Assembly (NCBI RefSeq): GCF_000299365.1
Contig: NC_018655.1
Coordinates: 120,001-152,000, forward strand
Length of the DNA: 32,000 nucleotides
Direction of reading: 5' to 3'
Source: Candidatus Nitrosopumilus koreensis AR1
GTDB lineage: Archaea; Thermoproteota; Nitrososphaeria; Nitrososphaerales; Nitrosopumilaceae
Positions 8,977 through 18,593 of this stretch are shown here, piece after piece. The translations under genes were made by a program, and so were the position numbers. The first letter of the stretch is position 1. The number at the start of each line of letters is the position of its first letter. Under the pieces are notes generated by a model. That model was not told the DNA's origin. It saw only the letters and a program-made list of their open reading frames with translations, and did not search any database.

Positions 8977-9371
8977 CTCCAAACAGAAATCTTTTCAGGA
9001 ATAATTTCAATAATACAGTCAGTATCATCAAGTAATTCTTTTGCTGACTTGTTTTCCAATGTCTTAAAGTAACGTAAAAGAATCTTTTTTGCAATTGTTT
9101 TTACTTTGGATTTTTCTAAAATCACATTTGCCTTTCCTTGACCCATCACACCATAGATGTTGGGCGCATTAACTCCTGTATCTACACAAAAAGAGACTCT
9201 GTTGTTTTTCTTTGCATTTTTTGCCTTTTGTGTCTTGGTGTTTGTGCCAATGTAGAATTTTTTAGCACTGTATCTGTACCAAACAGGAACAATGTGTGGG
9301 GTTTTGTTTTTTCCAATAGTAGATAACCGCAGTATCTTTTGAGTTTTTAGAAATTCATCTTTTTTGCTCAT
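8970..9371 (-). CDS. Pyridoxamine 5'-phosphate oxidase-like / F420-dependent PPOX-class flavin-binding split-barrel protein
   Basis: 133 aa; KTQKILRLSTIGKNKTPHIVPVWYRYSAKKFYIGTNTKTQKAKNAKKNNRVSFCVD is typical of the family. Confidence 0.75.
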   Translation of the reverse strand: MSKKDEFLKTQKILRLSTIGKNKTPHIVPVWYRYSAKKFYIGTNTKTQKAKNAKKNNRVSFCVDTGVNAPNIYGVMGQGKANVILEKSKVKTIAKKILLRYFKTLENKSAKELLDDTDCIIEIIPEKISVWSY

Positions 9372-9588
9372 GTCTTCTGAATCCCAATGCTATCATAAAA
9401 ATACCAAAGGCCAGCATTGCCATTGATACCTTTTCATTAGTAATTTCACCATTTATCAGAAACTCTTCAACAAACTCTGGTCCCCATATCAATAACTGTC
9501 TGACTAAGACAATCCCTGCCATAACAGAAAATAAAACTCCGATAGCTGTATACCAATTTCTACCTCGCCTATAGTATTCGTGGCTCAT
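9355..9588 (-). CDS. Small two-TM membrane protein
   Basis: 77-aa ORF overlapping the start of the PPOX-like gene, same strand. Confidence 0.6.
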   Translation of the reverse strand: MSHEYYRRGRNWYTAIGVLFSVMAGIVLVRQLLIWGPEFVEEFLINGEITNEKVSMAMLAFGIFMIALGFRRHEQKR

Positions 9589-9603
9589 GATAAAAGGACC
9601 GAC

Positions 9604-10275
9604 TCAGATGATTTTAATTCCGGGATTTTTTATCTTGTTTTGAATCATTGCGTTTAGCAGCAATGGCGTTGACATTTCTGCAAGATATGATAATTCTATT
9701 GGTCCCAAGTAAATTGATCTCAAACCTTTGATTTCATCAATTAATGTATTGACTACACCGACTGACTCTTTGTCATCTCCACATACAAAAATATCATAAT
9801 CTAGCTCGAGAGTTGGATTCACCAATTTTTTCTCAGATATTACATGAAATGCAGAAACTAATTTTGATTTATCTTTCATATGGTTTGACACTAATTTGTA
9901 TGAGAATGGCTTGTTGTCTTTAATTGAAACACACTCAAATCCAACATCTGTTTTAGTCATTGGAACGATTGGTGATACTACAACACAATTGTCATTAACT
10001 TCTGGTAATATCCCAGAACACACTGAATCAATATTTTCATATGGAATTGACAAAATCAACACGTCACTTTCTTTTGCAACTGAAACATTATCGTTTCCAG
10101 AAATACTTCCTTTAATTTCACCAAATGCCTCTTTTGCCAAATTTGTATACTCTACAGCTGATTCTGCTGCTCTTGCAGCATCCCTAGAACCAACTATTAC
10201 ATCGTGATTTTGTGACCATCTCAGGGCAAAGCCTTTGCCCATTCCACCTGTACCGCCAATAATTCCCACTTTCAT
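9604..10275 (-). CDS. npdG: NADPH-dependent F420 reductase
   Basis: KVGIIGGTGGMGKGFALRWSQ...VIVGSRD...SDVLILSIPYENI...VVSPIVPM is characteristic of the F420:NADP oxidoreductase family. Confidence 0.8.
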   Translation of the reverse strand: MKVGIIGGTGGMGKGFALRWSQNHDVIVGSRDAARAAESAVEYTNLAKEAFGEIKGSISGNDNVSVAKESDVLILSIPYENIDSVCSGILPEVNDNCVVVSPIVPMTKTDVGFECVSIKDNKPFSYKLVSNHMKDKSKLVSAFHVISEKKLVNPTLELDYDIFVCGDDKESVGVVNTLIDEIKGLRSIYLGPIELSYLAEMSTPLLLNAMIQNKIKNPGIKII

Positions 10276-10325
10276 GATTAATCACAGACAATGTTATTAT
10301 TATCTCTATTTGAATTTCGAACAGA

Positions 10326-10949
10326 TTGGGACAAATAATTTTCCTAAGACACGGTCAGGCAAAAAATAACACTGAACGAATTTTAGCAGGACGAACTGAA
10401 GGTGTGCCGTTAACTGATGTTGGTCAACAGCAAGCACAACATACCGCTGAACTACTTGAGCATATGAACATCTCTGCAATTTATTCTAGTCCAATACAAA
10501 GAGCAAAGCATACTGCAGAAATTGTTGGAAAACATAATTCCCTTGATGTAACAATTGATGATAGATTAATCGAACTTGATATGGGAAAATTCACTGGTAT
10601 GGCATATGATGAAATATTTAATGATCATGGAAATGTCTTTATGAAATTCTATCAAGGTGATCTTGAAATTGCTCACAACGGAGTTGAAACTTTTGATGAA
10701 GTCAAAAAAAGGGTATTGGGAATTGTTAATCATGTAGTTGAAAAACATCCTGATGAAAATGTTGTACTAGTCACTCACATGGATCCTATCAAAGCAATGC
10801 TTTCAACTGTAGTTGATCTGTCTCCAACAAATCTATTTGAACTAATTATAGCAAATGCATCATTGAATCTCTTTAGAGAAAACAAACGAAAATTCTCAAT
10901 TTCTGGACTTAACGTAATGCATCCAACTAGATTCGATCAAGGTTGGTAG
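10326..10949 (+). CDS. Histidine phosphatase / phosphoglycerate mutase-like protein
   Basis: IIFLRHGQAKNNTERILAGRTEGVPLTDVGQQQA...IYSSPIQRAKHTA...VVLVTHMDP; RHG and downstream His motifs. Confidence 0.85.
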   Translation: MGQIIFLRHGQAKNNTERILAGRTEGVPLTDVGQQQAQHTAELLEHMNISAIYSSPIQRAKHTAEIVGKHNSLDVTIDDRLIELDMGKFTGMAYDEIFNDHGNVFMKFYQGDLEIAHNGVETFDEVKKRVLGIVNHVVEKHPDENVVLVTHMDPIKAMLSTVVDLSPTNLFELIIANASLNLFRENKRKFSISGLNVMHPTRFDQGW

Positions 10950-11004
10950 CTAATAATCTTGAAAACCCTTAAATAGAAATCATAGGTCACGACAGTCATT
11001 CACT

Positions 11005-11265
11005 ATGAAGGGTATAGTCGGGTTATTCCTAGTATTGGCTGTTTTAGTAGTAGTTCCTGCTGTAGAACATGCTTTTGCTGCAGGTGATGAACCAGGCGAA
11101 TATCTTGATCGTAGAGTAATAATTTGGAATTTATTCTTTAGAATGATGACTATTGCATTTGTAGTTGGTGCAGTTGTATCAGGTACTATTATTTGGCAAG
11201 TTTGGAGATTTAGAGAATCTCATCCAAAAGCAAAACCAACTCCATATGAGGGGACTGACTGGTAG
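11005..11265 (+). CDS. Oxidase-associated small membrane protein; looks like signal plus TM1 part of oxidase subunit II
   Basis: 86 aa, signal peptide plus FRMMTIAFVVGAVVSGTIIWQVWRFRES; directly upstream of the CuA-domain ORF. Confidence 0.7.
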   Translation: MKGIVGLFLVLAVLVVVPAVEHAFAAGDEPGEYLDRRVIIWNLFFRMMTIAFVVGAVVSGTIIWQVWRFRESHPKAKPTPYEGTDW

Positions 11266-11267
11266 AA

Positions 11268-11699
11268 ATGAGTGGACATTCTAACTGGCCTGAATGGATT
11301 TACGTTGGTGTTGTAGTTGCTTTGATGTGCTGGGTTGGTGCAGAAGCTTGGGAAGCAGAAAGACTCGTAGAACATGTTCCTGCCGATGCCGAAGTTATCA
11401 AAGTAACAGGACAACAATGGTTCTGGTCTTTTGAACATGAAGATGGAACAAAAGAAATTGGTGAGTTGCATGTTGAAAAAGGCAAAGCCTACAAATTGGA
11501 AATTCATTCAAAAGATGTTAATCACTCTTTTAACATTCACGATTATGTTGTTTTGATGGATGCAATTCCTGGCAGAGTTAACACTGTATGGTTTGCACCA
11601 ACTGATGTTGGTGAACATGATATTCAATGCAGAGAATATTGTGGATTAATTCATTATAACATGCGTGGAACATTAATTGTGGAGGAACCACACTCTTGA
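11268..11699 (+). CDS. coxB: Heme-copper oxidase subunit II (CuA domain)
   Basis: CuA motif CREYCGLIHYNM, GQQWFWSFEHEDG, VNHSFNIHDYVVLMDAIPGRVN. Confidence 0.9.
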   Translation: MSGHSNWPEWIYVGVVVALMCWVGAEAWEAERLVEHVPADAEVIKVTGQQWFWSFEHEDGTKEIGELHVEKGKAYKLEIHSKDVNHSFNIHDYVVLMDAIPGRVNTVWFAPTDVGEHDIQCREYCGLIHYNMRGTLIVEEPHS

Positions 11700-11736
11700 T
11701 AACGCTTTTATCCATATTGCTGGAGGGAATTAACTA

Positions 11737-13263
11737 ATGGTTCTAGAACTACAAAAACCACGTCCGATTTGGCAAATAATGTTCTCAACACATCACACTG
11801 ATGTTGGTTTACTTTATCTTATCACATCTTTAGGATTCTTGTTTATGGGAGGTGCATTGGCACTTGCAATAAGAGCTGAGTTGTTCTTGCCAGGATCACA
11901 AATTATTGCTGATTCGATGACCTTTAACAGAATCTTTACTGTTCACGGAACTACTTTGATCTTCTTGTTTATCATACCATTTGCATCTGCAGTTGGTAAC
12001 TACTTTGTACCTATCATGGTCAGATACAAAGACATGGCTTACCCAAAGCTTAATGCAATTGCATTTTGGATGATTCCACCTGCTGGAGCCCTTATCTGGC
12101 TAGGATTTGCAGACTTTACTTGGTATGCCACTCCTCCTTATTCTATTATCAGCGCACCAGGTCCTGCTGCTGACATGTGGATATTTGGACTAAAAATTTT
12201 AGGTGTATCTTCTGTTCTTGGTGCAATTAACTTTGTTGTTACGATTCTCAAATGTAAACATCCTGACATGTCCATTGGTCAAGTTCCACTTTTGGCTTGG
12301 TCTTTCTTGTCATCCTCATTGATTATTCTTGTTGCAATTCCAACATTTGCAGCAGCATTATTGATGCTCTTAACTGATAGACTTGGTGTTACTGGATTCT
12401 TTAATCCTGCAATGGGAGGAGATCCAATTGCATATGCACACTTGTTCTGGTTTACATTCCATCCTGAAGTATACGTTCTCGTTATTCCAGCTATTGGTAT
12501 GATGTATGAAATTATTCCAAGATTCTCAAGAAAACCAATCTATAGTTTCAATTCTGGTATCTTTGCATTTGTATTATTATCAATTGTCGGCTTTTCATCA
12601 TGGGCACACCACATGTATGCAACAGGAATGTCATTTACAGAAAAGACTGTATTTATGGTAGGAACACTTGCAGCAGTTCCAGCATCTGCAATGCACGTCT
12701 ATAATTTCATTGCAACAATGTGGAATGGCAGAATCAAATTCTTGACCCCAATGATGTGGTCTGTTGGTGGTATTGCTTTATTCTTCTCTGCAGGTGCAGG
12801 TGGTGTTGCAAACGCTGCTATGCCATTAGACTTTACAACACATGATACTTACTGGGTAGTTGGACACTTCCATCTCTTTGTGATGGGAACTATTGCATTT
12901 GGTTCAATTGGATTCCTCTACTACATGTACCCATATGTCACAGGACGAATGTATAATGAAACAATGGGTAAGATTCACTTTATCATGTCTTTCATAGGAA
13001 CTGTGTTGGTCTTCTTTACACAACACGTACTTGGTTTATACGGTATGCCAAGAAGAATTTTCGATTATCCACCAATCCCAGAATGGATTGCAATGAACCA
13101 AATCGCATCAGTTGGTGCAATGATTATTGGAGTCAGCATGGCAATATTTTTGGCAAACATGATTTACAGCGCTGGAAAAGGAAAACCTGCAAACACAGAG
13201 GATCCATTTGGTGTTGGAGGCAAATACTATTATCCATTTGAGGCAAAGAACCCATCACATTAG
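11737..13263 (+). CDS. coxA: Heme-copper oxidase subunit I
   Basis: 508 aa; FTVHGTTLIFLF, WFTFHPEVYVLVIPAIGM, WAHHMYATGM, DTYWVVGHFHLF. Confidence 0.95.
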   Translation: MVLELQKPRPIWQIMFSTHHTDVGLLYLITSLGFLFMGGALALAIRAELFLPGSQIIADSMTFNRIFTVHGTTLIFLFIIPFASAVGNYFVPIMVRYKDMAYPKLNAIAFWMIPPAGALIWLGFADFTWYATPPYSIISAPGPAADMWIFGLKILGVSSVLGAINFVVTILKCKHPDMSIGQVPLLAWSFLSSSLIILVAIPTFAAALLMLLTDRLGVTGFFNPAMGGDPIAYAHLFWFTFHPEVYVLVIPAIGMMYEIIPRFSRKPIYSFNSGIFAFVLLSIVGFSSWAHHMYATGMSFTEKTVFMVGTLAAVPASAMHVYNFIATMWNGRIKFLTPMMWSVGGIALFFSAGAGGVANAAMPLDFTTHDTYWVVGHFHLFVMGTIAFGSIGFLYYMYPYVTGRMYNETMGKIHFIMSFIGTVLVFFTQHVLGLYGMPRRIFDYPPIPEWIAMNQIASVGAMIIGVSMAIFLANMIYSAGKGKPANTEDPFGVGGKYYYPFEAKNPSH

Positions 13264-13270
13264 GAGATAG

Positions 13271-14239
13271 ATGAAAATGAGTCACGATACACAAACCGTT
13301 TACAGAACCACTCCTGCAAGAACCGGAAAGATGATGGCAATTATGTTAGGAATCTGTATTGTTGGAGGAGCAATCTTCTTTTCAATGTGGGATTATTGGA
13401 TTTCACAACCTGCACCAGTTGTTGCAATGATGGCAGGAGAAGCAGATAAAGCCGCACCAGCCGCAGCTACTGGAAAGACAATCACACAAGATCTTTCATT
13501 TATAGAATCATCAGATTTTAGGACTTTGGCGTTTAATTCATTACCTGGAGAACCAAATCACAATCCAACAATTAACATGAATGTTGGTGATAAAGTGGTA
13601 TTTGATGTAATAAATGATGGAAAATCATTCCATGCATTTGGTGTCACAAAAGCTGATGAAGGCTTTGCAGGAATTATTCCTGGCAGTGAAATTGGAGCAG
13701 CATCTAATCCACTAAAGCCAGGTGAAGGTGGAACTTCAGAGTTTGTTGCAGGTGAAGAAGGCACTTACTACTACATCTGTACAGTTCCTGGTCACAGGGA
13801 ACAAGGAATGGTTGGTGAAATCATTGTAGGCTCTGCACAAGGCGGTGGCAGTTCTGGTGTTGCAGCAGCTCCAACAGGCGTGTCTCATGACTTTAATTTG
13901 GACTTTGTAGAATCTGATGATTTTAGAACATTAGCATTTAATGCATTACCTGGATTTGATGGTCACAATCCTGAAATTCGTGTAAGCTCTGGTGATGAGG
14001 TTACTATAACCTCTACAAATACTGGTAAATCATTCCATGCATTTGGAGTTGTTTCAAACCCTGAAGACTTTAACAATGTAATTTGGGATTCTGCAATTGC
14101 AGCAGCATCTAATCCTCTAAAACCTGGTGAAAGCGGTAGTACTACTTTTACTGCTGGTGCACCTGGAACATATTATTACATCTGTACAGTTCCTGGACAT
14201 GCATTACAAGGCATGCAAGGTAGTTTCATAGTAGAATAG
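13271..14239 (+). CDS. Membrane-anchored protein with two tandem plastocyanin/cupredoxin domains
   Basis: N-terminal TM helix, then two related ~115-aa domains, each with SFHAFGV and YYYICTVPGH...GM type-1 Cu ligand patterns. Confidence 0.9.
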   Translation: MKMSHDTQTVYRTTPARTGKMMAIMLGICIVGGAIFFSMWDYWISQPAPVVAMMAGEADKAAPAAATGKTITQDLSFIESSDFRTLAFNSLPGEPNHNPTINMNVGDKVVFDVINDGKSFHAFGVTKADEGFAGIIPGSEIGAASNPLKPGEGGTSEFVAGEEGTYYYICTVPGHREQGMVGEIIVGSAQGGGSSGVAAAPTGVSHDFNLDFVESDDFRTLAFNALPGFDGHNPEIRVSSGDEVTITSTNTGKSFHAFGVVSNPEDFNNVIWDSAIAAASNPLKPGESGSTTFTAGAPGTYYYICTVPGHALQGMQGSFIVE

Positions 14240-14241
14240 TT

Positions 14242-14685
14242 TTGGCAATTCAATATCTTGCATTATCTACAATGGTTGTTTTGTATTCACTAATGTTCTT
14301 AGGTGGATATGTTTCTGCGGCAGGACTTGGTCTTACATGTCCTGAATGGCCACTTTGTCCAAATGGTGTAATGCCCTCTGAAGAATATCTCATTGAATGG
14401 ATTCATAGATTTACTGCGGCAACTACTGGTACACTAGTAATTGCTACAATGATTGCAGCAATGATTAACAAAAACTCACACTGGAAAATTAAACTTACAA
14501 GCTCTCTTGCGACAGTTTTTGTTATTACACAAATCATTCTTGGTGCTCTCGTGATTGATCTAAAACTACATGCATTGCTAGTTGCAATTCATCTGGGAGT
14601 TGGTATACTGTTATTCTCCATGGTCTTGTTGACTACATTATTTGCATTTAGAATTTCTAGAGTTCAAATAGAGTCTAGGGTTTAG
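14242..14685 (+). CDS. ctaA: Half-size heme A synthase (CtaA/Cox15 family)
   Basis: 147 aa, ~4 TM; GGYVSAAGLGLTCPEWPLCPNG...WIHRFTAATTG. Confidence 0.85.
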   Translation: MAIQYLALSTMVVLYSLMFLGGYVSAAGLGLTCPEWPLCPNGVMPSEEYLIEWIHRFTAATTGTLVIATMIAAMINKNSHWKIKLTSSLATVFVITQIILGALVIDLKLHALLVAIHLGVGILLFSMVLLTTLFAFRISRVQIESRV

Positions 14686-15199
14686 ATTTTTTAAAAATTT
14701 TTGGTACATAAATGTACATTACAACACCTGTTAGTGCTAATGCTCCTACAGTAATTGCTGCAAAGAAAATAGCTCCAAATGGACTCTGAGTTCCCATGTT
14801 AAATGTATAAGTTAAGACCTGACCATTTTCCTTCATGTCGTACAAGTCAATTAACACTATATGATTTCCTGAGTTTTTCCATATGTAGTCAAATTCCCAA
14901 TGAGAACCCTCTATTGATTTTGGAAGAATTGCATCAATCTGTTGATCATTATAAAATATTCTTATTCCCATTGTAAATCTGTCAACTTCTTCATAATCAA
15001 AACCCTCAGTAACTCTAATCATAAATTGAGATGGTTCATCAATTTGAGGAAATTCAGGAGATGTTGCTACTTGGACTCTATATCCTCCGTAGAATTCCTC
15101 AGCAGAGTTAAACATTGAATGAGCAAACACATCACTTACTCCGGGTGTTGAGAAAAGTATCAAAATTGAAAAAATCAAAACTGATCGCTTTTTTGTCAT
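14675..15199 (-). CDS. Secreted/membrane-anchored protein, possible copper/oxidase-assembly role
   Basis: 174 aa; signal peptide ending VFA-HSM, beta-rich middle, C-terminal TM helix and KKSK tail; adjacent to oxidase genes. Confidence 0.65.
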   Translation of the reverse strand: MTKKRSVLIFSILILFSTPGVSDVFAHSMFNSAEEFYGGYRVQVATSPEFPQIDEPSQFMIRVTEGFDYEEVDRFTMGIRIFYNDQQIDAILPKSIEGSHWEFDYIWKNSGNHIVLIDLYDMKENGQVLTYTFNMGTQSPFGAIFFAAITVGALALTGVVMYIYVPKIFKKSKP

Positions 15200-15294
15200 T
15201 TATGATTTGTAGACTTTGGATGAATATATTGTAACTCGTTCCTTTCAGAAAATCTTCAAAACCTTTAAATCCTTATTGCCAAGACATTGAATCG

Positions 15295-15891
15295 TTGACC
15301 CTCGTAACAAAATCAATCGATATTAAGACACCTGTAGAAAATGTCTTTACCTATTTTGCAAGACCAGAACATGTTTCTGATCAAATCAAAACTGATGCAG
15401 TAGGCATGACCGTTGTTCCTATGGATATCAAGGAAGGCATGGGTGTAGGTACAACCTTTAGAATTATCGGTGACTTTAGCGGTAAACGTTTAGAGTGGGA
15501 TTGTGAGACAATTGAATTTGTCAGAAATGAAAAGATAACTGCAAAACAGATTGAAGGCCCATTTAAGAAATGGCAAATTACTAATGAATTCAAGTCATTA
15601 GGAAATAACCTCACAAGAGTTACAATGTCAGTAGACTATGAAATGCCATTTGGCCCATTGGGTGCAATTATGGATAAAGCAAAGTTTGCAAAATCTGCTG
15701 AGAGAGGAATGGAGACTGCTCTTTACAATGTTAGAGGTTTGTTGGAAGGAAATGGTTCAATTCCGGTATATATCACACTAGAAGCATACCAAAAACTTCT
15801 TGCCGAAAAGAAAAAGATGAATGATGTTCCAGTTTCAACTGCACTAACTGCAATCATTGAAAAATACAACGAAATTGAAGCTAAAGCATAA
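15295..15891 (+). CDS. SRPBCC/polyketide cyclase-like ligand-binding protein
   Basis: SIDIKTPVENVFTYFARPEHVSDQIK...WDCETIEFVRNEKITAK is typical of START/SRPBCC proteins. TTG start. Confidence 0.75.
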   Translation: MTLVTKSIDIKTPVENVFTYFARPEHVSDQIKTDAVGMTVVPMDIKEGMGVGTTFRIIGDFSGKRLEWDCETIEFVRNEKITAKQIEGPFKKWQITNEFKSLGNNLTRVTMSVDYEMPFGPLGAIMDKAKFAKSAERGMETALYNVRGLLEGNGSIPVYITLEAYQKLLAEKKKMNDVPVSTALTAIIEKYNEIEAKA

Positions 15892-15956
15892 AACATAATT
15901 TTCCTTTATTTTAGAATCTTAAGATTAATAACAACTCTGGGCTTAGTATTTTTGGT

Positions 15957-16030
15957 GGGTCTATGGCGCAGCCAGGTAGCGCACCGGACTCTTAATCCGG
16001 TTGTCAAGGGTCCGAATCCCTTTAGACCCG
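15957..16030 (+). tRNA. tRNA-Lys (anticodon CTT)
   Basis: GGGTCTA TG GCGC-AGCCAGGTA-GCGC A CCGGA-CTCTTAA-TCCGG TTGTC AAGGG-TCCGAAT-CCCTT TAGACCC G. Confidence 0.95.
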
Positions 16031-16145
16031 CTATTATCTGACATAAATAAATCCTGACACACAATTGAAAAATTTCTTGTTGAATATTGTGAGGGATTAT
16101 TTGGAAAACTAGAACATACCGCTCAATAGTTCATGAATTATAATA

Positions 16146-16174
16146 AAAGATTGGGCTAAAGTTGCCCAATCTTT
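16146..16174. other. Strong hairpin: 11-bp perfect stem, 7-nt loop
   Basis: AAAGATTGGGC taaagtt GCCCAATCTTT in the ~290-bp gap between tRNA-Lys and the response regulator. Confidence 0.8.
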
Positions 16175-16322
16175 GGACGATGGTAAACTATAGCAGGTGA
16201 CATGGCATGATTACCATTCTTTCTTTGAGTAATTTACCTTAAAAGAAAATAGTAGAAATGATTAGTATGATCTAAATACTATTTTTTTCAGACTGGAACT
16301 GCTTTTAAATTTCTAAATGAAA

Positions 16323-16697
16323 TTACTCTAATTCAATTTTAGAGTATTTTTGTGCCAAATCTTTTAACTGATCAACGCCAAGCGGTTTTGCAATAACTTT
16401 GATTAGTCCTTTTTTTATTGCTTCTTGATTTTTGGGTTCGTATTCTGAAACTCCTGTAATAATTACAACACTGGCATCTTTGTCTATTTCTTTGATTTGA
16501 TTAAATGCTTCATACCCATCAAGTACTGGCATGTCTCCATCCATTATAACTAAAGATGGATTGAATTTTCTAAATTTTTCAACACCTGCTTGACCATTTT
16601 CAGCAGTTATGACTTCAAAATTATTCAATTCAAGAATTTCTTTATAAATATTAAGTAAATCTATATCGTCTTCAACAACCAGAATTCTTGTCTTCAT
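16323..16697 (-). CDS. Stand-alone response regulator receiver domain
   Basis: MKTRILVVEDDIDLLNIYKE...PSLVIMDGDMPVLDGYEAF...VVIITG...KPLGVDQL. In-frame MKTRIL is preferred over the track start 16715. Confidence 0.9.
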   Translation of the reverse strand: MKTRILVVEDDIDLLNIYKEILELNNFEVITAENGQAGVEKFRKFNPSLVIMDGDMPVLDGYEAFNQIKEIDKDASVVIITGVSEYEPKNQEAIKKGLIKVIAKPLGVDQLKDLAQKYSKIELE

Positions 16698-16806
16698 GGT
16701 AAATCTTACATTCATAATTTACTATTAAAGGTATTCAATTTTTTTAAAAAAGTTAATACCATGATATACTCATATATGTTGAAAATATAAAAAATAGTGA
16801 TCTTAT

Positions 16807-18579
16807 TTGAGTAAAAATGACTCTCTTCCAAAACTAGATTTTGTTAACACCAAATCTGTTTTGACATTTTTAATTATAACATTGGTTTCTATTACTTTGT
16901 TATATCAGGTAAGACCATTTGTAGATGATGCTCAATTTGCTTGGATTTCAGTCCCTGCATATCTTTTTTCAACTGCAATCCTAACAATAGTTGCTATAGT
17001 AGTTGGAATAAAATTATACAAACAAAAACACTATCAAACAAAAGGATTTTTCCTCTTTGCTATAGGCGCAGTATTTTGGTTTATAGCTGAATTCATTTGG
17101 TTAATGTATGATCATATTTGGGATGGTAGTCCATTTCCATCTGAAGCCGATATTTTTTACGTAGCTGCATATCCGCCTATGACCACATTTTTGTTTATAT
17201 CGTTAAAACCAGTTCTTAATTCTGTTAGCAGAAATGTTTGGTTGTTTGCAATTGCTTTAGCTGCTTCATTTTTGTTTCCATCTGTTACTGCAGCATATGA
17301 TGATATGTTGGGTGAAGATGCATTTCCAACAGCTATAGCTCTTGCATATCCAATAATGGGATCAATCCAAGTAGTTCCTGCAATTGTTGGAATTATGTAT
17401 CTTGCAAAGAAAGGTGCAAATTTTTCTTGGATGTTAATTTTATTTGGATTTATCATATATGGTACTGCAGATACATTTTTCTTATTTGCCGAACTTGATG
17501 GAACCTATTACGATGGCCATCCAGTTGATCTGCTTTGGTTGTACACTTACATTCTACTAATTTTTGCATTTTATATTAGATATAAGATTTCAAAGATACC
17601 CACTACTGAACAACATGCCATGTTCTTTTCTGAAAAGGTACAATTTGAAACAATTAGTAAATTTGGAATTCCGCTGACATTAGCAATAATTACTATGGTT
17701 ATTGGAATTTCTCTTATTCATTCAATCTTTATGGAAACTGATGAACAAATCACTTCTCAAAATATTATGCTTGGAGTTGTTGCTATGCTGGCAGTTTTTG
17801 CAGCAATAGTATTAACTTTGAACAAAAATCTTTCTCGTCTAGTTAAAGTTAGAACAGAAGAACTTGTTGAACAAAAAGAAAGTCTTGAAAGGCTTGTAGA
17901 TGAAAAAACAAGAGAGATATTAAAATCAGAACGACTCTCTGCAATTGGTGAATTATCTGGAAGACTTGCACACGACTTGAGAAATCCTTTATCTGTAATG
18001 AAAATGTCTGTGGATTTATTAAAAGAAACTCCTCCAGATACAAAACTATCTGATCCAACTCTAAGTAAACGTCTTGATTTAATGGAAAAAAGTATTGATA
18101 GAATAGCTCATCAAGTAGATGATGTGTTAGACTTTGTTAGGCTTTCACCACTCAAATTAGTTCAAGTTTCTGTACGTGACACTATTCAAAACTCTATCAA
18201 TAAAATCAATGTGCCAGATAATATTCATCTTCGTATATCTGGTAAAGATTTGGAAATCAAATGTGATCCAGTTAAACTAGATGCTGTATTTCTAAATCTT
18301 CTTGTTAATGCAATTCAAGCGTTACCTGATGGTGGAGAAATTGAAGTTAAAATTTCTCAAAAAAATAACTTGGCAATTTTAGATTTTATTGATTCTGGTG
18401 AGGGAGTTTCTGATGAGAATCTTGGAAAAGTATTTGAGCCTTTATTTACTACTAAACAGAAAGGTACAGGTCTTGGATTGTCTAGCTGTAAAAGTGTTGT
18501 AGAACAACACAATGGAACAATATCGATAAAAAACAACCCTTCAACTTTTACTGTATTTTTACCAATAGATTCTGAATAG
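16807..18579 (+). CDS. Multi-TM sensor histidine kinase
   Basis: 590 aa; ~9-10 hydrophobic segments, H-box AIGELSGRLAHDLRNPLSVMKMS, N-box VFLNLLVNAIQAL, G-boxes DSGEGVSDENLGKVFEPLFTTKQKGTGLGLS. Confidence 0.93.
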   Translation: MSKNDSLPKLDFVNTKSVLTFLIITLVSITLLYQVRPFVDDAQFAWISVPAYLFSTAILTIVAIVVGIKLYKQKHYQTKGFFLFAIGAVFWFIAEFIWLMYDHIWDGSPFPSEADIFYVAAYPPMTTFLFISLKPVLNSVSRNVWLFAIALAASFLFPSVTAAYDDMLGEDAFPTAIALAYPIMGSIQVVPAIVGIMYLAKKGANFSWMLILFGFIIYGTADTFFLFAELDGTYYDGHPVDLLWLYTYILLIFAFYIRYKISKIPTTEQHAMFFSEKVQFETISKFGIPLTLAIITMVIGISLIHSIFMETDEQITSQNIMLGVVAMLAVFAAIVLTLNKNLSRLVKVRTEELVEQKESLERLVDEKTREILKSERLSAIGELSGRLAHDLRNPLSVMKMSVDLLKETPPDTKLSDPTLSKRLDLMEKSIDRIAHQVDDVLDFVRLSPLKLVQVSVRDTIQNSINKINVPDNIHLRISGKDLEIKCDPVKLDAVFLNLLVNAIQALPDGGEIEVKISQKNNLAILDFIDSGEGVSDENLGKVFEPLFTTKQKGTGLGLSSCKSVVEQHNGTISIKNNPSTFTVFLPIDSE

Positions 18580-18593
18580 TCACTATAATCAAG

